Of a stretch of DNA of 64,000 nucleotides, positions 55,794 to 64,000 are shown piece after piece. Each line of letters opens with the position of its first letter. Within the stretch, counting starts at the first letter, position 1. The position numbers were made by a program, and so were the translations under genes. The stretch lies in the sequence record MN988522.1; one strand, 5' to 3'. The notes beneath the pieces were generated by a model, which ran no database searches, was not told where the DNA came from, and saw only the letters and a list, made by a program, of their open reading frames with translations.

Positions 55794-56322
55794 AGCATAT
55801 GCAGGAATTGGATCAAGAAGTACTCCTCCACATATTCTTGAATTTATGAGAATTCTAGCATTCAAGCTTGGATCTCAAGAAGATCCGTGGACTGGTCGAT
55901 CAGGTCACGCTGATGGTGCAGATGATGCATTCGAAGTAGGTATGGAACAAGCTAATGGACCTATGGAGATCTTTCTACCGTGGAGAGGTATGGCTAACAG
56001 TCGATGTAAGAGTGATTCTCCGTATTACGAAATCAAAACAATTGCTTACGATCTAGCTTCTAGGATTCACCCTAAATGGTACGGATTAACTCATGGAGCT
56101 AAGAAACTTCATGCTAGGAATACTTATCAAGTCTTAGGTTACGATCATCAGACTTGGAGTAAAGCTGTTGTATGCTATACTTCTGACGGTCTACCGATTG
56201 GAGGTACTCGTACAGCGATTAAGATAGCAGAGATGCACGGTATTCCGGTTATCAATCTAGGTGATCCTGAGTGTAAATACGAAACTCCTGATCAAGTTGT
56301 GGAATATTTAAACTCTCTATAG
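55777..56322 (+). CDS. SLOG-superfamily (DprA/Smf-like Rossmann) protein
   Basis: YAGIGSRSTP, RSGHADGADDAFE, IFLPW, HARNTYQVLG, GGTRTAI. Confidence 0.8.
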   Translation: MKLNYRAYAGIGSRSTPPHILEFMRILAFKLGSQEDPWTGRSGHADGADDAFEVGMEQANGPMEIFLPWRGMANSRCKSDSPYYEIKTIAYDLASRIHPKWYGLTHGAKKLHARNTYQVLGYDHQTWSKAVVCYTSDGLPIGGTRTAIKIAEMHGIPVINLGDPECKYETPDQVVEYLNSL

Positions 56323-56323
56323 A

Positions 56324-56350
56324 GCGAATCTAGCGTGGGAAAGCCTTCCT
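56324..56350 (+). promoter_or_regulatory. Promoter-like motif copy 14
   Basis: GCGAA at 56324, GCCTTCCT at 56343. Confidence 0.7.
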
Positions 56351-56378
56351 TCTTATTGTAGAATGGAGTGCAGATTCA

Positions 56379-57287
56379 TTGAGAGAATTCTATATTAAGG
56401 AATTCTTGAAGCTGAATGAGACTGTAGACTTGAGATATCTTAATAAGTATCTAGACGTTTGTTTAGGTACTTATGACAAAGACGTTAAATGTGAATATCA
56501 TCACGTGCTACCTCGATCAATCTTCGTCGAACACAAGGAGAATCCTAAGTTCGTAGTAAGGATATCGTTAAAAGCTCATTATCTAGCTCATAGAATTTTA
56601 ACTAAAGCCATACCTAATAATGTTCAGATGAAACATGCACATTATTTTATGTCTCATACTGAAAGATATAAAGGATTTGTGACTAGCAGAGTTTATGAGG
56701 TACTTAGAGAATTTCATTATCAGAAGAACTTAGGTAATAAGTATAATCTAGGTAAGAAGAACTCAGACGAGACTAAACGTAAACGTACTGTTAGCTGGAA
56801 GAAATCTGTAGAAGCTAATCCTGAAGGCATGAATAAATTCTTAGAAAGAAATTTCGGAAATAAACATGCTCAAGGATGTAAGTGGATGCATAATCCTACT
56901 ACAGATGAAACATCTTTAATACCATCTGATAAAATCCAGTCGAGACTATCTGAAGGATGGATATATGGTCGTAAATCCATAGTTGGACGTAGATGGAAAA
57001 TGTCAGATCAAGGTAGAAGAAATGTGTCGGAGTCCAAGAAAGGATCTACTCAGTCTGATTCTACTCGTCAAAAGAGATCTGAAGCTCTAAAAGGGAATAA
57101 AAATTCTCTTGGTTATAAACATTCGTCTGAAACTTCTAGAAAATTATCTGATAAATTAAAAGGTAATAGTCGTACAAAAGGTTACAGATGGATGAGTTGT
57201 AATAATGTAAATAAACTTGTAGCTCCTGATGAATTTAATCAATTGAGTTTATCAGGATGGAAATTCGGAAAATCTAAGGTATCATAG
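56379..57287 (+). mobile_element. Free-standing HNH homing endonuclease with NUMOD-type DNA-binding repeats
   Basis: EYHHVLPRS...LKAHYLAHRIL; repeated S.ETKRKR / WMHN / GW..G units; AT-rich; TTG start. Confidence 0.85.
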
Positions 57288-58190
57288 ATGTTTAACCTCA
57301 AAATTGATAATCCAAACTTGCACAGTATTCTTGAATCTCTGAGTGGGAAAAATATTGATTATTTTCACAATAATGGGAATTCAGGAGATTCAATAATATC
57401 GGTTGCAGCATATCAAACATTTGATAAGTTTGATATTAAAGTTTCGGCTTACAATAAACCTCGTGCTCATAAACAAACTAGTGACACACTCTTCATAGCC
57501 GGAGGGGGAAATCTTGTATCATATTACCCTGACTGTGAACGAGCTATCAAAGAGGGTATGAAGAAGTACGATAAAATTATTGTCCTTCCTCACTCTATCC
57601 GAGGTAAAGAAGAACTTCTCAAGAAGATGGATAAAAGGTTCACAGTCTTTACTCGTGAAGTTCCATCTCATGAATACGTTAAGTCGATGGTCAGATCGGA
57701 CGTAACTGTTCATCTTGAACATGATATGGCTTTCTTCATGGATGTAAAAGCTATCTTTGAAGATCCTACGATCAATGAGAAAGCTAATAAATTCTACATT
57801 AATAAACTTCGATCAATCGGTCGAGGTCCTGAAGATGTTATTGGCAAGGATAATTACTGTTTCCGTGAAGACGTCGAAGCAGTTGTAGAGGTTAAGTCTT
57901 CTCAGAATGTCGATATCTCTCATCTGTTCGAAAGAGGATTGGATCGTACGAACTCTTTCATCGCTGCTAATGCATTTCTAAAGTACATTGATGCTTCAAA
58001 GTCAATTACTACAAGTCGTCTTCATACAGGCATTGGTGCAGCTATGTGCGGTACTCCTGCTACGGTATTTGATAATTCATATGGCAAGATTTCTAGTATC
58101 TACGAATTCTCAATGAAGGATCGTGGATACAACTTCCGTGTAGGTCTCATTGATGAAATGAGATCAATTATCGAACGAATTGAGGACTGA
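57288..58190 (+). CDS. Polysaccharide pyruvyltransferase family protein
   Basis: GNSGDSII, AGGGNL, IVLPHSI, FTRE, HDMAF, TSRLHTGIGA, DNSYGK. Confidence 0.85.
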   Translation: MFNLKIDNPNLHSILESLSGKNIDYFHNNGNSGDSIISVAAYQTFDKFDIKVSAYNKPRAHKQTSDTLFIAGGGNLVSYYPDCERAIKEGMKKYDKIIVLPHSIRGKEELLKKMDKRFTVFTREVPSHEYVKSMVRSDVTVHLEHDMAFFMDVKAIFEDPTINEKANKFYINKLRSIGRGPEDVIGKDNYCFREDVEAVVEVKSSQNVDISHLFERGLDRTNSFIAANAFLKYIDASKSITTSRLHTGIGAAMCGTPATVFDNSYGKISSIYEFSMKDRGYNFRVGLIDEMRSIIERIED

Positions 58191-58781
58191 ATGAACATCT
58201 TCATCTTGGATCCAGATCCGATCAAGTCTGCTAGATCATACGTCGCGAGTCATCAGAAGATTATTCTGGAGGCTACTCAGATGTTATGCACTAACGTAAG
58301 ACTAACAAATGGTAAGCTTAGAGTCCCTATTCATCCATTTACAGGTCGTAAGAGAAAATTCTGGGTCCTCGATGGAGAGGAGTTAATGTACAAGGAGAAT
58401 CCTGAGAATCCTTCTAAGGGATTCTTCTGGATCAAGTCTTCTAACAAGATTTATGGTGCATGTCATGCTAATCATCCTTGGACTGTATGGGGTCGTAAGT
58501 CTAGGGAGAATTTCGTATGGATGCAAAACTTTGTTGAGATACTTAACAATGAATTTATGAGTCGAGGATATAGATCCCATGGATCAGCCTCTATAGCTAA
58601 GTCTCTAATCGTACCTGATTTACCTGAGACTGGACTGACTCCGATGCCTCACTGCGTTGATCCTGGATCTAAATCGGATGACGTAGTTGAAAGCTATAGA
58701 AATTATTATCGTAGAAGCAAGAAGCACTTACATGTATGGAAATCCGTTCCTATACCTGATTGGATAAATAATGAAGAATAG
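58191..58781 (+). CDS. Pyrimidine-dimer DNA glycosylase-like protein (DenV superfamily)
   Basis: MNIFILDPDP..SA...HQKIILEATQMLCT...HANHPWTVW...NFVW...AYR-type tail (SYRNYY). Confidence 0.8.
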   Translation: MNIFILDPDPIKSARSYVASHQKIILEATQMLCTNVRLTNGKLRVPIHPFTGRKRKFWVLDGEELMYKENPENPSKGFFWIKSSNKIYGACHANHPWTVWGRKSRENFVWMQNFVEILNNEFMSRGYRSHGSASIAKSLIVPDLPETGLTPMPHCVDPGSKSDDVVESYRNYYRRSKKHLHVWKSVPIPDWINNEE

Positions 58782-58930
58782 ATATCTAATGTTAGAATCT
58801 AGTAAGAAAAACAAGAATAAGGTTAAGTCTAAGCTTCTCGAATCTGTTACAGAGAAGACTGTGAAGAAGGAAGATAATCCTAATTCTAATCGTGCTCTGA
58901 AATTGCTGAGTTTAACTAACGGTAAATAAT

Positions 58931-59248
58931 ATGACCGAATCTGATATTTTCTCTAAGTTTAGACAAGGTCGTAACGATATTGATCGTGATGCCTGCTTGC
59001 ATATGTTGCTGGCTAATTGCTGGAATCGTAATTCTTTGGTTTCAGTAGAATTTCCTGTAAGACCTAATATTAATTTATGTGTTGATTTTGTGATTTCTCC
59101 GTCTCTACGATCGATTGATGTTAAGAGGAAAGAATACAAGTCATTCATAGGTGGTAATGAAACATTATCTACCAGTCTCGATCTAGCTAAAGATGCTCTC
59201 GAGAAATTGGAAGAAGTGTTCTACGCATCGATGTTTGGAGCCCACTAA
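58931..59248 (+). CDS. Hypothetical protein (possible PD-(D/E)xK-like motif)
   Basis: VDFVI......IDVK. Confidence 0.45.
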   Translation: MTESDIFSKFRQGRNDIDRDACLHMLLANCWNRNSLVSVEFPVRPNINLCVDFVISPSLRSIDVKRKEYKSFIGGNETLSTSLDLAKDALEKLEEVFYASMFGAH

Positions 59249-59250
59249 AT

Positions 59251-62200
59251 ATGTCAATTAATTCCAGAGACTACGCTCCGTTATTATCTTATGCTAAGAT
59301 GCTAACGTCAAGACTGTCTACTATTCCAGACGTCACGATGATTGGTAACTTTGCTAAGACTCCTCCTAATCTTAATGTCTTTCAAATTAAGCCTACTCTG
59401 ATCCGATTCGGTACTGATCTTCTCATTCAAGGTGACAAGTCAGATATCGTACTCGGATCTAATTATCTTGCTGCTCATCCTAAGGATGAATACGAAATCC
59501 TCGAATATGAGGATCCTAGCATCGCTGCACGTCGATTCGAGAGTACATGGGGTATGACTCTTGAAGAGTATGATGACCATGTTAAAGTTCTGAATACGCA
59601 AGTAGCTACTGTCAATAACGAAAGTTATGTCCTAGATGAGGAGACGAAAGCTAAGATGTCAGATGCATCAGACTTTCTCACACGATGGATTAGAATGTTC
59701 AGTTCTAAGACCAACAAAGCACCACTGCTAGTTGGTCATTCAGGTATCTCGAAATCTGCATTCGTTAAGGAAGTTATATCTCGTCTAGATGCTCAGTCGA
59801 CTGAATGGGGATATCGCCTCGTTGACATTCGTGCTGCTTATCTTGATAAGACTGACCTCATGGGTTACATCTCTGTCGAGAGTTTCAAGGGTAATGATGT
59901 ATGGACTGACTCTCCTAAGATTGAATTCTTGACATCTACATCTGAGTTCATCAAGGAGTGCCGTAAGTTCGTTACGACTACTCCTCGTGATGATGACAAC
60001 GGTGAGATGTGGGATATCGTCAAGGAATATTCCAAGACACCTGTCCTCTTCTTCGATGAAATCAATCGTGCACCTGCTTATATTCAAGCTCAGGTCATGA
60101 TCATCATCAACCAGCATCGTCTGAACGACTACTCGCTGGATCTCGCTCCTAAGATCGCTGCTGCTAACGTACCGATTGATATGGAAGATCTTGATGATAC
60201 GCAGAAAGAACTGATCAAGTACGTTCTGCAGGATGAGATCACCGATAAGGCAATCATTGACCGATTCATTCCTATAGAAATCAAAGGTAAGGATAAATCT
60301 GTTATTGATGCTACGTATTCATATCTCACCAGAAGATATGCTACGAGTGGTGCCAGTATGGACCTTCTTGAGTCTGTCTACAAGAAGGGTAAACCTCTTC
60401 ATGACATCACGACAATCGATAAGTATGGTAAGTTCAGATCACACCGTGGTCTAGAATTTGTATGTACGTACCTGTCAGGTTGTGAAGGCGCTAAAGAGAA
60501 ACCTATGCTATCAGTGATCAAGTCACTGATTGGTGAGAATGCTACGGATGATTATGTAAGTTATCTTGCTGAGAAATTCAAGACGACTAAAGAAAATCTC
60601 TCTAAGAAGATCTTTGATCTGAATGAGTCAACTTCCAAGTTTACAGCTCATTGCATCAAGTTCAATATTCCTACGATGCTACTAGGTCGTATGGGTATTG
60701 GTAAGACTGCTAAGATCAATGCTGCTACGAAAGAATTGGATGCTGATGTTATCAACATCGATCTTTCCTCGAGAGATCGTACTGATATCAGTGGATTCCC
60801 GAGTCAGTATTCCTTTGCTCAGTATATCTTCAGCAAGGGTGGTCAGAATGATGATCTAACAACATCCTCCGCATTCAGACAATTTGAAGCTCAACTAGTT
60901 AACAATCCTAATGTTCCTAAGAAGACAACTGGATTCGTAGGTAGTGGTACTCTTACTCGTCGTCTGGATGAAGCTAGAGCATCTGGTAAGAAACTAGTTA
61001 TTGTATTCGATGAGATCAATCGTGCATCTCCTATCGTCCAGTCAGCCGTCTTTGAAGCAATCTCTGATAAGCGATTCATGGGTGTATCTCTAGAAGGTAT
61101 CGACTACTCTGTCGTATCTGCTGGTAATTGGGAAGATCCTAACGAGTCTTCAGGTAACTATCAGGTTACACCTCTTGATACTGCTACTCTTCACCGATTT
61201 GCATCTCGAGTCATCGATAAGATGACAGAAGACGATATCGGAGAAATGAGAGACTTCATCAAGACAACGTATCCGAATACTTACTCTGCTCTCAATATGG
61301 GTCAGATGAGTAACAACGATATCGTTCAACTCCTGAATACTTCTTCAGATGAAGATGATAACGCTGAGCCAGGTACTGAATGGGCTAGACCCTCATTCTC
61401 GATGCGTACATTCCAGTCTCTGAACGAGATCCTGGATATGTATAAGTTCGTCTGGACTCAAGAGATGACGGTAGATGAATCGGACGATATCGTCAAGGTA
61501 CTCGAATCACCTAACTACATTCTCCGTGATCGTGCAGGTGAAGAAGTTACTCTGAGAACATCAGGTATAAAGAAGTACTTCCCGAGTCTAGTAGTTGAAG
61601 ACTTTATCGCTAAAGCTGCTCAGATGCTGGGTGACGATAATGTTTCAGTCCTCGATAAAAGTATGATTCTTGCAGAGCTTCAATACAATGAAGTCACTGC
61701 ATATCAGTCACTTGAGAAGGCTGTCCGAGGAGTCATTCCTGGATCAATGCTTAAGCATATGAGATCAGGTCTTCGTGTATACTATACGGATCTGAGTAAG
61801 GCTTCAGTAGGTGCTGTTGATCTTGATCAATTAGTTATGGAACTCTCGGATAATGAAATCCGTAAGGTTCTAAACAAGATGATCTCAAGATCTGAGGCTT
61901 CGAAGACTAATGACGTTATCAAGAGTGCTATCATTGCTCTTGGTCAGGCTAATGAGATCTCTGTCGATTATATTAACAAGATTCTCAGTCTGTACAAGTC
62001 AGTAGTTCCAACATCTACGATCAGTCTTGTTGATATCTTGAATCAGATTCCAGACGAGAATATCGTAAGTGGAGGGTCTGAGATTGTATTCAACTTCATA
62101 GATCTTGCTGCATTCCCTGAACGTGATGTCATCTTACAGTCAGGTTCTGTCTCAGTAGGTACACCAGTTTCGACTAATCCTACTGATTATAAGTTCCTAG

Positions 62201-62775
62201 GCTACTTGAAGGTTCCACTTGAATTTGGGTCTGTTAATCTTGGATCTAAATATGAAAAGGATCAGAGACTTTACATTCGAAATATCATTCCTAACTGCTT
62301 CAGAATCATCTGTAATGCTGATGCATTACAAGCGTACTATCGTTATGAGTTTACGATTTCTGATGCATTCTGGAAGATCGACACTATCAAACCTTCGACT
62401 AAACGATTTGAATACAATGTCGAATACGTAGCGAAGATTAAAGGTGTCAGCTTCAGAATGAAGATTGATAATATTCGTCATCCTGTAGCTCATAAGGATG
62501 GTGATCTGACTAAGCCTCTGACTAAGGATACAATTATCCAACGTGATACGACAGTCTTGTCAGGTATGCTGGCTACACAAGCAGTAGTATCTGACTCTTC
62601 TGTTAGTAACTTGACTAAGAATCTATCAGACGTTCTGACGGATGATGATATCACAATCATCAAAAGTACAGTGATGAAGAAGAAGGCAGATACTGCCAAG
62701 ATGTCACTCACTAATGACTATATGCAACTCATCCTTGTCGGATGGCGTAAAGTCGAGCCTAAGTTCTCATTCTAA
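59251..62775 (+). CDS. Tandem AAA+ ATPase (two MoxR/dynein-related modules) with long C-terminal region
   Basis: Module 1: GHSGISKS, DLMG, FFDEINRA, IIDRF. Module 2: GRMGIGKT, DISGFP, VFDEINRA, SAGN, TLHRF. Confidence 0.88.
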   Translation: MSINSRDYAPLLSYAKMLTSRLSTIPDVTMIGNFAKTPPNLNVFQIKPTLIRFGTDLLIQGDKSDIVLGSNYLAAHPKDEYEILEYEDPSIAARRFESTWGMTLEEYDDHVKVLNTQVATVNNESYVLDEETKAKMSDASDFLTRWIRMFSSKTNKAPLLVGHSGISKSAFVKEVISRLDAQSTEWGYRLVDIRAAYLDKTDLMGYISVESFKGNDVWTDSPKIEFLTSTSEFIKECRKFVTTTPRDDDNGEMWDIVKEYSKTPVLFFDEINRAPAYIQAQVMIIINQHRLNDYSLDLAPKIAAANVPIDMEDLDDTQKELIKYVLQDEITDKAIIDRFIPIEIKGKDKSVIDATYSYLTRRYATSGASMDLLESVYKKGKPLHDITTIDKYGKFRSHRGLEFVCTYLSGCEGAKEKPMLSVIKSLIGENATDDYVSYLAEKFKTTKENLSKKIFDLNESTSKFTAHCIKFNIPTMLLGRMGIGKTAKINAATKELDADVINIDLSSRDRTDISGFPSQYSFAQYIFSKGGQNDDLTTSSAFRQFEAQLVNNPNVPKKTTGFVGSGTLTRRLDEARASGKKLVIVFDEINRASPIVQSAVFEAISDKRFMGVSLEGIDYSVVSAGNWEDPNESSGNYQVTPLDTATLHRFASRVIDKMTEDDIGEMRDFIKTTYPNTYSALNMGQMSNNDIVQLLNTSSDEDDNAEPGTEWARPSFSMRTFQSLNEILDMYKFVWTQEMTVDESDDIVKVLESPNYILRDRAGEEVTLRTSGIKKYFPSLVVEDFIAKAAQMLGDDNVSVLDKSMILAELQYNEVTAYQSLEKAVRGVIPGSMLKHMRSGLRVYYTDLSKASVGAVDLDQLVMELSDNEIRKVLNKMISRSEASKTNDVIKSAIIALGQANEISVDYINKILSLYKSVVPTSTISLVDILNQIPDENIVSGGSEIVFNFIDLAAFPERDVILQSGSVSVGTPVSTNPTDYKFLGYLKVPLEFGSVNLGSKYEKDQRLYIRNIIPNCFRIICNADALQAYYRYEFTISDAFWKIDTIKPSTKRFEYNVEYVAKIKGVSFRMKIDNIRHPVAHKDGDLTKPLTKDTIIQRDTTVLSGMLATQAVVSDSSVSNLTKNLSDVLTDDDITIIKSTVMKKKADTAKMSLTNDYMQLILVGWRKVEPKFSF

Positions 62776-62784
62776 GGTGCAACC

Positions 62785-63486
62785 ATGCTTGTTTATTCTT
62801 ACATCTTATACGGATGGGCACAATCCACTATCACAGGTGGAGATGGCAGTAGTGCTAAGCGTCTGACTCTGATCAGAAAGCTTAATCAGGAGTTCAATCT
62901 GCTACCCGACTCTCTCAGAGGGAAGGGTGGCAAGAATGACTTTGATACAGCTAGAGCATTGACGACATATCTATGTCAAATGTTGAAGGTACCTCCTATC
63001 AAGTTTCCTGATCCTGCTAGTTCTATCAAGTCTATGGATCAGGCTGTACTTGTTTCTGATAAACTCAGTATCGATGTCATCAACAAAGGTAGTCCTGTCT
63101 ACTTTACGATGAGTAAAGTAATGCAGACGATTCAGAGTTCAGGTACAGATGCTCACAGAGCATATTTCTTGTCAGCTATCATCAATATGATGTTGGCAGG
63201 TAGTAGAATGTTCTTCACACTTGCAGCATCTCAAGGTAGTTATAACTACGATGAGTCGACTGCAATAACGTCGTATATCAATCGATTTACGAAGATGAAG
63301 ATCAGTACTTTTGGTAAGTCAATGACGTTCATGGAATTGAATTTCACTTCTATGACTGAACAGTTCAATAACTGCTACAGAGCTCTTGTCAGAGACTATC
63401 CGAATCTTCAAATAAGCGATCCTAATGCGTTGATTGCATCAATTCGTCAGAATATCATTCTGTACCGTATGCAGGAGATCAAATGA
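62785..63486 (+). CDS. Hypothetical helical protein
   Basis: Coupled to the AAA gene. Confidence 0.65.
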   Translation: MLVYSYILYGWAQSTITGGDGSSAKRLTLIRKLNQEFNLLPDSLRGKGGKNDFDTARALTTYLCQMLKVPPIKFPDPASSIKSMDQAVLVSDKLSIDVINKGSPVYFTMSKVMQTIQSSGTDAHRAYFLSAIINMMLAGSRMFFTLAASQGSYNYDESTAITSYINRFTKMKISTFGKSMTFMELNFTSMTEQFNNCYRALVRDYPNLQISDPNALIASIRQNIILYRMQEIK

Positions 63487-64000
63487 CTGAAACTATTTCA
63501 TTGAATGAAGTAGATCACTGGGTCGAGACTAATCTTGAGGTCGAGAGCATCGTTGATGCTCTCGGTCTTAGATACAAAGAGCCTGTTGAGAAGGACTATG
63601 GATACAGCTCAAAAGTTGAATTCACAGTAAATATCTCTCTGAACTCTGAAGGTCAAGATCTCATGATCATTGACGGTGGGTATTCATACAATAAACTCAA
63701 AATCCATGATCTACCTGACAATGCTCCTGTTCAACTACAAGGTGCTACGAGAGCAGTATCAACAGATACTGACTTCAGACTGAAGACTCAGATTCCTATC
63801 CAGAATTATATTGAAGGAATCCTTGATAAACTACCTAATTTGATCATCACTAAAGAAGACATTATCTTCTCGTCAATTTATGTATCCAATGTGACTGGAT
63901 TCAAGACATTTGCTAACGATATGAATCGATTCGAGACAATCGAAATCGACTCCAATCCTCAGGTGACATTATATGTTACTAAGGATCCTCTCGATCGTTA
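63483..64000 (+). CDS. Hypothetical protein, truncated by the window end
   Basis: ATG 63483 (MTETISLNE...) stays open to position 64000. Confidence 0.65.
   Translation, partial: MTETISLNEVDHWVETNLEVESIVDALGLRYKEPVEKDYGYSSKVEFTVNISLNSEGQDLMIIDGGYSYNKLKIHDLPDNAPVQLQGATRAVSTDTDFRLKTQIPIQNYIEGILDKLPNLIITKEDIIFSSIYVSNVTGFKTFANDMNRFETIEIDSNPQVTLYVTKDPLDR

Noticed and set aside
49904-58190. Bacterial capsule/LPS island or prophage cargo
   Set aside because: The genes are interleaved with phage replication genes, share phage promoter copies and codon style, and lack transport or polymerase genes
3487-62431. Short alternative-frame + strand ORFs nested in large genes (e.g. 3487, 27355, 31684, 36980, 62219)
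   Set aside because: Fully nested in recognisable genes and carry no motifs
114-62711. Minus-strand ORFs in the track (e.g. 41586..42749, 40929..41567, 31527..32141)
   Set aside because: They are antisense shadows of well-supported + strand genes, with no motifs or RBS
1-64000. Stop-codon reassignment
   Set aside because: Conserved enzymes (RNR, topoisomerase, dUTPase, MR fusion) are full length in code 11, and genes end in TAA, TGA and TAG
1-64000. CRISPR array, tRNA or rRNA genes
   Set aside because: No regularly spaced direct repeats or cloverleaf/CCA patterns in the few intergenic gaps

Overview
A 64 kb gene-dense segment of a large lytic dsDNA bacteriophage, probably a jumbo myovirus (a PAAR spike gene implies a contractile tail). 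Essentially all credible genes are on the + strand, abut or overlap, and use the standard code. The window is the replication, recombination, nucleotide-metabolism and accessory part of the genome. Replication/recombination: two SF2 helicases, DnaB/gp41-like helicase, SSB, RusA, 5'-3' exonuclease, two DEDD exonucleases, a single-chain Mre11-Rad50 fusion and a two-subunit type IIA topoisomerase. Nucleotide metabolism: dUTPase, class Id-like NrdB/NrdA, a divergent ThyX and a HAD-pyrophosphatase fusion. Accessory: a TelA-vWA-DUF475-TerD operon, a ParM-like actin, a tandem AAA+ ATPase, a large vWA protein and two free-standing homing endonucleases. Highlights: (1) a dispersed candidate DNA-hypermodification pathway (ThyX variant, HAD/pyrophosphatase, flavoprotein with UDP-galactopyranose-mutase-like termini, GalE-like epimerase, T4 BGT-like GT-B, T2/T6-like GT-A, polysaccharide pyruvyltransferase); (2) a phage-specific bipartite promoter-like motif, RCGAA-N14-RCCTTCCT, in 14 copies at operon starts, with a sigma/Mor-like protein as candidate reader; (3) a densely structured non-coding region at about 1-335 and a promoter-to-terminator small-RNA candidate at about 2875-2952; (4) two homologous AT-rich inverted-repeat elements 40 kb apart (candidate origins). 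No tRNA, rRNA or CRISPR array was seen. All family calls come from motif recognition by eye, not database searches.
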